In this document: positions 26,935-38,620 of the stretch, one piece after another
Layout: every line of letters starts with the position of its first letter
How positions within the stretch are numbered: the stretch's first letter is position 1
Source of the DNA: Octopus sinensis
Taxonomy: Eukaryota
Direction of reading: 5' to 3'
NCBI RefSeq assembly: GCF_006345805.1
Contig: NW_021834702.1
Location: 1 to 45,339 of the forward strand
DNA: 45,339 bases
Made by a program: the position numbers and the translations under genes
Notes under the pieces: generated by a model
Databases searched by the model: none
Told to the model about the DNA's origin: nothing
Seen by the model: the letters and a program-made list of their open reading frames with translations, nothing else

Positions 26935-26952
26935 CATACATACATACATACA

Positions 26953-26984
<32 letters not shown>

Positions 26985-27001
26985 CATACATACATACATA
27001 C

Positions 27002-27068
<67 letters not shown>

Positions 27069-27123
27069 CGGAGATGCACTTGCATAGCAAGTGATTTGAT
27101 CTGAGATCGTGTGCTGAAACGAA

Positions 27124-27227
27124 AACAATTGCAGCGTGGAAGGTGTTTGTAAGCAATTTAAGAAACACACAAAAGCTTTTGTGTGTTTCTTAAGTTGCTT
27201 ACAAACACCTTCCACGCTGCAATTGTT
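27124..27227. repeat. 104-bp spacerless palindrome (1 mismatch)
   Basis: 52-bp arms centred on aaaag|ctttt at 27175/27176. Confidence 0.95.
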
Positions 27228-27375
27228 ATATATATATAAGGAGGAAAATCTTATAATGATTTATCAAGTAGCCAGCATGTAATAAAAACTATATAGGTAA
27301 TAATTAATGTAAATTATATAAATATAATAATAATAATAATAATAATAATATAATAATAATAATAATAATAATAAT

Positions 27376-27900
27376 AGAGCCATTTAGCGTCTATCTCTAG
27401 CATGTGGTGCTATTTATTAGTGTCCGTATTATAATTATATTTAAGTAATTATATATTTGTATTAATTACGTATATGTTATTTATTACATGCTGGCTACTT
27501 GATAAAATCGTTATCAGATTTTATCCCCAATTATTTATAAATATAAATTACTCCGACCAATATATTCATTTCAGTATTATTTTTGGTCGTAGACGCACGT
27601 GGTTGAGGTGAATAAATTAGATTTAGCTCCTATATACGTGTGGATATCTGTATATATTTGTATGAATACGTGTTATTCGTATGGGTACGTATAAATATTT
27701 GCATTAATCTATATTGTGGTATATTCTACTGATGACAGCAAAGGGATTTTATATCTCTTAGCTAGAAATTTATCTTTAGTTAACCCTTTTTTATAAAGTG
27801 TTCTTTGTTCACTTTCCTCGATTTCAACCCGTGTTAATGGAGCACATAATGTAGATTTTAGAGCCATTTGGCGTCTATCTCTGGCATGTGGCACTATTTA
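27376..27900. mobile_element. 525-bp element with 41-bp terminal direct repeats, embedded in (AAT)n (Penelope-like or retrozyme-like)
   Basis: 27376-27416 matches 27860-27900 with 4 mismatches; (AAT)n on both sides; inverted partial copy at 27245-27325; hammerhead-like core at 27729-27768. Confidence 0.45.
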
Positions 27901-28572
27901 TAATAATAATAATAATAATAATATATATATATATATATATATACGTAAATATAAGAGAGTGACCACTATGTGATCGACTCTAGCACTAAAAATAGATCCA
28001 CTACGGTTTCAGACACGAAGAATTGTTTCCGATGAAAGTTAGCACAACTATTAGCGTAAACGAACAGGGCAAATAAAAAATAACAAAAATGCAGATTAAT
28101 TCTGGACAATTGTTTCGCTATTAATAAATTATGTAATTTTACTCACATAACATATCTGTAGCTCCTCGGCAGAATTTGTCTAGAATACAATTTACTCAAC
28201 CGCATGCCATATTTTACCATAAAGATAAACACACATGCGGTTCAGTCGATTGCATTCACCGTTATAATTCAAGTGCCCCCGCTAAAGCCCGCCAAAATTC
28301 ACGGAAACAGATACTGCATCAAAAATTAAATGCAGTATAATTACAATCAACTAATAAGCGTGAGAAAATTGGATACTAATTTAATAGTACCATCAATTTA
28401 ACACCAAGTGGCTTAGTGCATAAAAACCAGGAATACAATAAAGTTTATACGTAAATATAAGAGAGTGACCACTATGTGGTCGACTCTAGCACAAAAATTT
28501 ATATATATAATTATAGTATATATATAATTATATATATATAATTATAGTAAATAGTGCCATATGCCAGATACA

Positions 28573-28622
<50 letters not shown>

Positions 28623-28674
28623 CATATATATGCTTTTATATATATATACATACATACATACATATATATATGTA

Positions 28675-28885
28675 GAGAATTCACAAAAAAAAACAAAAGA
28701 CGAAGACAGCTAGTGTAGAAAACATATATTAGTATAACGTTTGGGAATTGAAAAAGTCTTTAACGTTTCGAGCCTACGCTCTTCCACAGAAAGGAACACT
28801 GAAAGAAACAAGGAGAGAAAAAATGTGTGTAGTGGCTAGCGATCTATCATGGCGAATGCCGAGCAGAAGGGTCACACAGGCGAGC
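28675..28885 (-). mobile_element. Penelope-like element 3' terminus ending at (TA)n
   Basis: Same layout as 21570-21743, with a hammerhead-like motif. Confidence 0.5.
28758..28793 (-). ncRNA. Minimal hammerhead-ribozyme-like motif (variant core)
   Basis: CTTT-CTGTGGA-A-GAGC-GTAG-GCTC-GAAA-CG-T-T-AAAG: stem I CTTT/AAAG, stem II GAGC/GCTC, palindromic ACGU stem III; the core has U at position 6 instead of A. Confidence 0.55.
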
Positions 28886-29059
28886 TAAATTTGATCTGAA
28901 GGTTACAGACGTGATGATCACATCTCTTTTTGTTAAAAAAATTACTTGGACTAAATGATTTAACATATCTTTTCTGTTTTAATATGGCGAGGTTTCATTA
29001 GAGGAGACTATGGATCAGATTTTTTGGGTATATTATATACGGTTTAATCGTCACTAGTA

Positions 29060-30300
29060 TTAATCTATCGACCCAAGATAAAAAAAAAAATGGCCCATTA
29101 GGCCCTGTCAGAATTTGAACTCGCAACGTAACGGGAGTAAAGCTAAACAATAATACTTTATACAAGAGCAATACTGGAATATTTTTTATGGGATGGGAGG
29201 AAAGGAAGGTCGAGTGCATCGAATCTTGCATATACTTGATCGGAACTATAATGGTTCAAAACACAGTTCACCCTGACGGGTTTGAACCCAGGATTCCATG
29301 ACCAGTAATATATACGACCGTAAGGTATTTCGATTCGATGCTCAAACGATTCTGCCAATTCACTGTTTTTACTAAAACTAAATAATGGTTTCTCATTCTG
29401 GTACATTGCCAAAAAATTCTGAGGGTAGGGGATTAGTTGAAATTCATCGACCCCAATACTTGACCTCGAAATTACGAAAGACAAAGTTAACCCCAGCGGA
29501 ATTTGAACTTACAACGTAAGGAGTTGAAACAAGTTTTTTTTTTGTTTTGTTTTTTTACCCTTTTCGACCTTGTAACAAGCTCGTCTCCTTACTTAACCAA
29601 AATGAAGGATTCACATTTTGGCACAAGGCAAGCAAATTTATGGGAAATGAAGTAAGTCGATTACATCTGTTTCTTTATTGCCCACAAGGGGCTAAACATA
29701 GAGGGGACAAACAAGGACAGACAAACGGATTAAGTCGATTACATCGACCCCAGTGCGTATCTGGTAGTTAAATTATCGACCCGGAAAGGATGAAAGGCAA
29801 AGTCGACTTCGGCGGAATTTGAACTCAGAACGTAACGGCAGATGAAATACGGCTACGCATTTCGCCCGGCGTGCTAACGTTTCTGCCAGCTCGCCGCCTT
29901 CAAAGTCGATTACATCTAGTCCAGTACTTGACAGGTACTTTGTTTTATCGACCTTAGAGAAATGAATGGCAAAGTCGATTTCGGTGGAATTTGAACTCAG
30001 AACGTAAATAGCCGAAAGCAATACCACCAAACATTTTATTCGACCTGGTAACATTTCTACCAACTCATCACCATACCAAAGCCATAGAATTTCTTTAATC
30101 GGCACAAAGTCCTCGAATTTTGGGTGAAGGAGCTAGTTCATTACATCGACCTCAGTACTCAACTGGTACTTATTTCATCGACCCCCAAAGGATGAAAATC
30201 AAAATCGACTTTGGTGGAACTTGAACGCAGAACATTAAAGAGTCAAATGAAATGTCGCTAAACTTTTTGTTCGTCACGCTAACAACTCTGCCAGCTCACT
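29060..30300 (-). mobile_element. Cluster of several SINE A-type copies, mostly minus strand
   Basis: Repeated ggcggaatttgaactcagaacgtaa heads and atcgacc...gatgaaaggcaaagtcgac cores. Confidence 0.85.
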
Positions 30301-30539
30301 GCCGAACTAAATTTTGAATAATGATTTCCGATTTAGTTACAAGACTAACAGTTTTGAGTGTAGAGGGGTTACTCAATGCCATCGATTCCAACACTTGACT
30401 GGCACTTTGTTTCAACGACCTCGGAGGAATGAAATGCAAAGTTGGTTTCGGCGAGATTTGAACTTCAGAATGTATGGAGCCGAAGCAAACACCGGAAAGC
30501 ATTTTCTTCTCAGCGGTCTAACAATTTTGCCGACTTCCC

Positions 30540-30795
30540 GCTCTATTAGCGAAATACCGTCACGTGCCCTAAGGTTCATCGGATCGGTTACCCGGGGTAA
30601 GTGACTAAGACCACAATATACTCCAGGAACGGGACGCCGGTCACTGCAAAGTTACTCACTCAAGACTAAGTCAATTGAAGAAGCGTAAAATGAAGTGTTT
30701 TGCTGAATGACACAATGCATTTCCCGGTCCAAGAATCGAAACCACAATCTTGATCATGAATGCAACAACGTAACCGCAAGGCCATGCACCTTCGC
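30540..30795 (-). mobile_element. Diverged SINE family C copy
   Basis: Minus strand shows a tRNA-like head (gattgtggtttcgattcttggaccggg) and a gaccggcgtcccgt block like the adjacent plus copy. Confidence 0.7.
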
Positions 30796-30827
30796 CTGCC
30801 ATTTAATTAAATCTAAATAATACCAGT

Positions 30828-31089
30828 GTGGAGGCGCGTGGCTTAGTGGTTAGGGTGCCAGCATCATGATCGTAAGATTGTGGCTTCGATTCTTGGACCG
30901 GGTGACACATTGTGTTCTTGAGCAAAATACTTCATTTCATGTTGCTCCAATCCACTCAGCTGACAAAAATGAGTGACGCTGCGATGGACTGGCGTCCCGT
31001 CCAGCTGGGGAACACATACGCCATTGAAACCGGGAAACCGGGCCCATGAGCCTGGCTAGGCTTTAAAAGGGCGCATTCATTTAATATTT
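30828..31089 (+). mobile_element. tRNA-derived SINE family C with 14-bp TSD
   Basis: A-box TGGCTTAGTGG, B-box-like GCTTCGATTC; TSD taaataataccagt at 30814-30827 and 31090-31103. Confidence 0.9.
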
Positions 31090-31402
31090 TAAATAATACC
31101 AGTATTATATGAGCATTGTGAAAGAGGCGAGATGGTAGATTCGTTAGCTACTAGACAAAATGTTTAGCGGCATTCATTCTGGCTCTTTATATTTTGACTT
31201 CAAATTCCGCCAAGATCGACATTGCCTTTCATCCAATCTGGGTCGATAAAATAAGTACCAGTCGATCACTGAGACGATGCAATCGACCAATTCTCTCTCT
31301 CTCTCTCTCTCTCTCTTTTTCTTCTTTTCTCTCTCTCAAAATTCCAAGCCTTGTGCCTGTAGTAATTATTATAAGCATTGTATCCTGTTTATAACAGTAA
31401 TG

Positions 31403-31849
31403 GGATCTTTTCGCTTTGAACGGCAGTTTTTTTCTAGCGGTATCATATGAAATTGTCACCCATGAATTATGACCCTAGAATCGATTTATTGCATTTCAAT
31501 CTCTTTTAGGGTTAGGGTTAGTTAGGGTTATGTTTAGGGTTAGGGTTAGGGGTGGGGGAAGGGCATCTTTTTTTCTTCACAAATGTAAATAAACCCAATG
31601 TGTTTCTTAAACGAGGGACATATTCATACGACACAGAATGCTTTTTAACTCAATAGACGTCACAGATTGGTTGAAATTGCAGAAATTGAAGAAAAAAAAA
31701 CAACAAATATCTTACAAACTATAGAATTTTCTCAATAAAGCCAAGAGAAAAAGATGTTTTATAAACACATTCTACCAGTATACGAAGTTTAAAATGTTTT
31801 AGTTACCTTGAAATTATGTTAAAAACTGCCGTTCAAACCGAAAAGATCC
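31403..31849. mobile_element. MITE (Merlin-like), copy 2, opposite orientation, with internal (TTAGGG)n
   Basis: 29-bp TIRs (1 mismatch); perfect 8-bp TSD CAGTAATG at 31395-31402 and 31850-31857. Confidence 0.9.
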
Positions 31850-33085
31850 CAGTAATGCTTCCATATAGTGAACCAAGTCAGTTAATTTGTTTGGGGTGAA
31901 AATATTATAACACAATCTTAGCGATGCACAACAAAACAATCCGAATGAAAACAAAAAAAAACAACCTTATGCTGAACTCGTTGGGATGCGAACTCAAAAT
32001 AGATAGATATATAAATAAGTAGACTTTCTGACCCAACATTCCACAATCCTACCCACTACTAAAAATTTCTGCCCCCTATAAGAGAATCGGATCGATTCTA
32101 TCCTATAGTTATGACGTCACAGTAGAACCAGCCAATTATCGGGCCAGTTTCGGATACAGACGCCTACACTGGGTTAGATGACTCAATCCTTAGTAATATA
32201 AAAAAAGAAAAACTTCTAGAAACTTATACAAACCGAACCCAAGCACTAAGACAGAAGCGTACGCAAGCAGAGGTATATGTATATGTCCGAACACACACAC
32301 GCACGCACTTACAGGCAGATTCATACTTCAACAGAGAAACAATGAACCCGCGAGTGCGTATGTGTTTATCAGTGAGTATGTGTATGTGTGCTACACTAAA
32401 GAAACCCCACCAAAAGAGAAAATATAAATTAAATATAAATCTAAATAGAAAAACAAAGAGAAAACAAAATGCTAATCAAATAAAATGACAGTGAATGCCT
32501 ATGACCTCAGCCAACAGCTTTGAACAGCTGCTGACACAACTTCCGGCTTTCGCGGCCCGGGGTTTTTCAATAAAAGAACAAAAACCTCCCTGGCGCTCCT
32601 TCACCTTAGAGCTCACTTTTAAATGGATGCATTGGTGCTGTGTGTTCTGCTTGCTTATTGTTGCTATAGTTGTTGCTGTTACTATTAATGCTATTATTAT
32701 TATCATTATTTATTATCATTATTATTATTATTGCTGTTGTTATCGTTGCGTGTTTGTTTACGTTGGTAAATCTCTAATAGGCTGTTACCGTTATTGTTAC
32801 CTGTTGTTGTTGATCTTGTTCTTGTTCTTGTTGTTATTCTTGTTGTTGTTTAGCTCACCAACCCCCGTCAGTCTTCGTTGATCTTGTCTATGAGCAAGAA
32901 AACTTTTTTGTATATCTGCGTGTGTGTGTCTGGATGTCTAGCTGTGCATTTTATTTTTATAAATCACGAATTATGACCTGTTATGCTCTCTCTCTCACAC
33001 ACACACACACTCGTACAAACATAACACACGTGTGAGTGTGTGTATGCATGTATGTTTGTATGTATGTATTTATGCGTATACATAA

Positions 33086-33486
33086 TGTAAGAGTGGCTGT
33101 GTGGTAAGTAGCTTGCTTACGAACCACATGGTTCCGAGTTCAGTCCCACATGTGGCACCTTCAGCAAGTGTCTTCTATTATAGCCTCGGGCCGATCAAAA
33201 CCTTGTGATTGGATTCGGTAGACGGAAACTGAAAGAAGCCCGTCGTATATATGTATATATATGTGTGTGTGTGTATATGCGTGTGTGTCTGTGTTTGTCC
33301 CCCCAACATCGCTTGACAACCGATGCTGGTGTGTTTACGTCCCCGTAACTTAGCGGTTCAGCAAAGGAGACAGATAGAATAGGTACTAGGCTCACAAAGA
33401 ATAAGTCCCGGGGTCGATTTCCTCGATCGACTAAAGGCAGTGCTCCAGGATGGCCACAGTCAAATGACTGAAACAAGTAAAATGAT
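33086..33486 (+). mobile_element. SINE family B, full length, with internal TA/TG microsatellite
   Basis: tRNA-like head (TGTGTGGTAAG...GTTCAGTCC), CORE-like gcaagtgtctt block, probable TSD tatacataa. Confidence 0.9.
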
Positions 33487-33491
33487 TATAC

Positions 33492-33533
<42 letters not shown>

Positions 33534-33540
33534 TATATAT

Positions 33541-33672
33541 ATTTTATGGAAGGAGCTTCGACAGGACTAGAACTGTTTCATTCAAAAGAAATCATCAGGA
33601 AATTAATTTACTCTGCTATGTATTGAGTACCTTATTTACTGTGGTTAACCCCGACTCAACCCGGGACCTACA
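33541..33672. repeat. Interspersed repeat E, copy A, between (TA)n tracts
   Basis: Near-identical to 43201-43360 except for a 13-nt versus 40-nt segment. Confidence 0.9.
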
Positions 33673-33778
33673 TATATATATAGTGTATATATATATATGT
33701 GTATGTATACATTATATATAAATACATATATACATTATATATATATATATATATATAATATATATATATATATATAAG

Positions 33779-33839
<61 letters not shown>

Positions 33840-34026
33840 ATATATACATGTATATATTTATCTATAAATGTGTGTGTGTATGTGTGTGTGAGCGTGTGTG
33901 TGTGTGGTATTTTTGCTTTATATAATGTACTGCGCTCATAACTTTTGCTAACGTATCGCACTTTCTGACACACCTTTTGGAGTGTGTGTGGTGTGTGTGT
34001 GTGTACTTGTGTATGCGCGCGCGCGA

Positions 34027-34337
34027 AATTTGAACTCAGAACGTAAAGGGAAACGAAATACTGCTAAGCATTTCGCCCGGGACGGGGAGGGGGTGTCTAA
34101 CGTTTCTTATTTCTTTATGGCCCACAAGGGGTTAAACATAGAGGGGACAAACAAGAACAGACAAAGGGATTAAGTCGATTACATCGACCCCAGTGCGTAA
34201 CTGGTATTTATTTAATCGACCCCGAAAGGATGAAAGGCAAAGTCGACCTCGGCGGAATTTGGACTCAGAACGTAGCGGCAGACGAAATATTGCTAAGCAT
34301 TTCGCGCGGCGTGCTAACCTTTCTGCTAGCTCGCCAC
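34027..34337 (-). mobile_element. SINE family A dimer
   Basis: Head, body, then a second head fragment joined at gaaataag|aaacgttag. Confidence 0.85.
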
Positions 34338-35934
34338 TTTTATTGTTGTTACTATTATGCGCCTAATTAGTGATGATGATGACGACGACGACAATGATGA
34401 CGATGGTGACTTGATGACGACAAGGAGGAGGAGGAAGAAGAATAGTCAAATGTGGGTAACAATTTGTTTGATGGTGAATCGTGGTAATGGTCATAGGTAT
34501 ATACAAATAGTTTGTGAGCAAGAGGTAAAAGAAAATTCGTAAGATTTCCATTGATATTACAGGGAGCACTACATAACACTAAGGTAAAGTCCTTTAGGCG
34601 TAATATAAGCCAGGCAAACTGAATAATAAAAGTAATAATTTAAATGAGGACTGGAGCGTCGTGCCTTCTAATCATAACATCTGAAGAAGCCAATGGACTA
34701 TACGATTACTATTACATATTTCCATATTTTATGTATTACATAACAGTATAAGAGATATGGAATAAATGATATCGTCCGTTTACGGAAACAATTGTGATGT
34801 CGATTTGGCTTCTTTCCTAATTTAGATTATTGTACTGATTTACCTGGGATATATAATGCCGTTCAAGACAGCCCTGAGGAAAACTGCAGGGATTTTTTCC
34901 AGTTCTGGATTTGCTAAATAAGTAAAAAAAAAAACCTGCTGAAGATTTCCACTTTTTCCCTGGTTTGTTTGTTGTTATTTAAAGTGAAATAAATTGAAAA
35001 CAAAGTTTTATATTGATATAAAATAGACAAATACAGGTATATCAAATGTCATACACTATAGATATTTGTTTTATTGAAACATAATTCCACCTCTAGAGAA
35101 TGCGTCACGATTACTAAATGGCAATTAAAACCAGCGCCTATTGAGAAAGGGGTATAATCTCAACATTCAAAAGTTCTCCAAAACTCACATGTCAATAAGG
35201 AAAGAACATGCTTCCTGTCTGGAGATCAGATGACAATTGTGGGCGCGTGATCTGGCAATTCTCCAACCTTATCTGCAGTGACTAAGGAAGTTCGACTTAT
35301 ACAAAAAATCAGTTGAACACATACGAGAAACAATTCACAGTGACCAGTGGCTTGTATTTGGACAAGTTTTTGTGGACACTGCAAATAATATTTTAATATA
35401 TTATTTCATATTGAGAACATATTTTGCCTTTATGTTTCGTCAGTTGGACAATGCAAGGATCGAGGGCCCACTAATGCGTTTGCTGTGTTTAGAACATCAG
35501 TTAACCTTAATCCGGATACGGCTGTGATTGGTTCAGGCTGGTAGCAGCAGTAGAAGCAGCAGCAGCAGTATTATTAGTAGTAGTAGCAGTAATAGCAGCA
35601 GTAATTGTTTACGGTACGATTGTGTATTTCGTAGTGATGGACATGAGTTTGCAATAATGCTGACAATAGCGACGAGTTGATGATTCATGGCGAGGCAGCA
35701 TAATAATAATAATAATGATGATGATGTCATGGAAACTTTGGAAGGAGTCCAGAATTTACTCGAGGAAAAATACTTGCAACAAAGACTATGACTGTGTTTT
35801 GGGAGTGACATTGTTTTTATTGGTTGGATTATCATACACAAATGCATACTTATATACATACGTACGCAATACATACATACATACATACATGCATACATAC
35901 AGACATACATGCATGCGTACATATATACATAGAG

Positions 35935-36330
35935 ACTAGAAACTGTGTACAGTTGTGGAAATCAGTTGCTCAGCGGATGTTAACATAAAGCAGAAGATCA
36001 GTGAAAAAGAGAATACCCACGCTGAACTATTGAAAAATCTGTTGTCATTCTATCCGGATTACAAGTTCAGGTCTATACCTGTAATTATTGGGGCATTGGG
36101 ATATGTAACACACTGCCTAAATACCAATATTGGAAAATTAGGCTTCTCAAAACCAGAACGGAGAAAGCTAATTCGAAGATACGGATCCAAGCGATCACTG
36201 GAACTGTAAACGTCTGTAAAACTTTCCAGATGTTTACCATTTAAATATATATATGAGCGTGTCTAGATATCCAGGTATATCTATGTATATATACATACAT
36301 AAAGCAAAACATACAAATCTGCACGTATAC
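35935..36330 (+). mobile_element. 3' fragment of an RLE non-LTR retrotransposon (R4/Dong-like)
   Basis: VEISCSADVNIKQKISEKE...YKFRSIPVIIGALGYV; flanked by (CATA)n-rich sequence. Confidence 0.8.
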
Positions 36331-36332
36331 AT

Positions 36333-36434
<102 letters not shown>

Positions 36435-36529
36435 TATATATACATACATACATAATACATACATACATACATACATACATACATACATACATACTACATA
36501 CATACATACATGTGTGTGTTAGATAACTT

Positions 36530-37012
36530 AGATTGGTTTTGGCCATTATCGGCCCAGCCCATAACTAACTCAGTAGCACCACCTCGAAAAGTCTTTTAGT
36601 TAACAATTTCGGTACACCATGGACCACTCAAGCAGATAGTTGTTGGTTGAGACATATCTAGGTGTAGGTGGTTTATCCGATATTTCCTGCAGGAATTTGT
36701 CCAGGTACTGTTTGAAAGTTGCGGTGTCTTTTTCTACTTAATTTCTTCCTGGATAACATCGAAAAGAGCAGGACCATTTGCAGTGAAGAAATTGTGTCGC
36801 AATGTTCTTAAGTGATGTGATCTCGAACTTTGTAAGGGAAGCATTGCACGGGGTCCTAGTCTTGGGTGAATTGTAAACATAATACCGATATCATTTGGAT
36901 AATATTGGTGGAGTATTTTCCACATGGTGCAAATAATGTATCGCTCACGGCGGCGTTGCAGAGAATAGAGTTTCAGTCGTTTCAGCCAAGCTCAATAATC
37001 AAGTCTCATCAT
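36530..37012 (-). mobile_element. 3' end of a CR1/L2-group LINE
   Basis: LKRLKLYSLQRRRERYIICTMWKIL...FKQYLDKFL, then a 3' UTR. Confidence 0.8.
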
Positions 37013-37237
37013 GCCATTTATTTTTTTAGTGATTGATTTTTGTGGCGCTTCGATCCTCATTATGACTTGTGTTGTTTTGTTTTGTTTTGTTTTGAATTTT
37101 TGTTTTTGTTTTTGTAGGGGGACCACAATGGGCAGCAGTATTCGAGGTGGGGGGGGGCCTTGCGAATGTAGAAAAGAAAAGGATTATGGTTTCATGATCC
37201 CTAGATTGAAAAGTTCTGAGGATCCAGGAGCACATAT

Positions 37238-37265
37238 ATGTGTGTGTGTGTGTGTATGTGTGTAT

Positions 37266-37321
<56 letters not shown>

Positions 37322-37423
37322 TTGTGTGTGTGGTGTGTGTGTGTGTGGTGTTTGTGTGTTGTGTGTGTGTTGTGTGTGTGTGTGTGTGTGTTTGTGTGTT
37401 TGTGTGTTTGTGTGTTTGTTGTG

Positions 37424-37458
<35 letters not shown>

Positions 37459-37505
37459 GTGGTGTGTGTGTGTGTGTTTGTGTGTGTGTGTACGTGTGTG
37501 TGTGA
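37238..37505. repeat. Imperfect (TG)n microsatellite
   Basis: Direct reading. Confidence 0.95.
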
Positions 37506-38620
37506 ATGCTGTAGATTTCCGTACAACGGTGTGTTTTGAAGAAGATTTAACTGGTATTTCTAGTAGGTCGTACGACCATGCAGAGGTTAGTTCCTTTGGC
37601 TAGTTCAGGTCCTTTTTATAACGCATTTCTTAACGTTCTCTTTCTCTGTTCATTACTCACTCTTCGTCTTCTCTTTCCACTCAATCTACTTTCCCCCGAT
37701 CTTGCTCTCAATTCCACCATCATCATAATCACCAACTTCATATAAAAGCCACTTCATTAATTTTAAACATTACACCGAAGTAGTTTAAAGTTGAATCTTT
37801 TGGTCGGCTCTTGATGGCTGCTGCAGCTGCTGCTGCTATGGCCACACTCTCGCCTGTTACTAATCTTCCGGTTTATCAAGACCGCTATAAGTGTAACGAA
37901 TGGGTCAAGGACTTGAGTTGAAGACATCTCAAGAGTCACCTGTCAGTATACTGTTTAGTGGTAATTTTTGTGACCAAAAAACACTCCATAAAAGGTCAAT
38001 GGTACCACTAGAACATAGCTAATAACTTACATTTAAGTTAATATGTCTACATGTTAATTATTTTGAAGTTATCTCCCCCTTCTCTTTGGGAATTGCTCGA
38101 AACTGTCACTAGATTTTTGGCTTTTTTTATTTCAAGTTACAGAAAAATTTCACTTCATTGGAGTTTGTTGTGGTTTTTTCTTTTGCATACGCTTTCAGCG
38201 CTTCACCACTTAACTGAATTATCAGTTTTCCAGTTGAGTTGTTTCTCTTAGTTCAGTCTATATTTTTTGTCAATTATGCAAATCACTACGGTTAAAAGTG
38301 TTTGTAACTATTTTCCTGCTTGTAAAATTCGTTGCTGACTGATCTGGCGAGTATGAAGTGGCTAGGTTGATAGGTCTAATGAAACCAAAACATGCCAATA
38401 AGAGTCATTGTTGCTAGCGACACGATTCAATTGTGCCTTAAGCATGAAAACTATTTCCTGTAAAATTAATTCTCAGTTTTAATCACCGCTGCTTAGTTTG
38501 CTGTAAATTAATTAATTCCAGCTTGAAGAAAATTTAACCCACGCCAATAAAGATAATTTGTGTGGTTACAAATACAAACATCGGTTCTTAGAAGGTTATG
38601 AGGGTATAATTTAAACAGAA

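Noticed and set aside
29158-29484. 108-aa protein-looking minus-strand ORF
   Set aside because: It overlies SINE A-type heads (A and B boxes visible).
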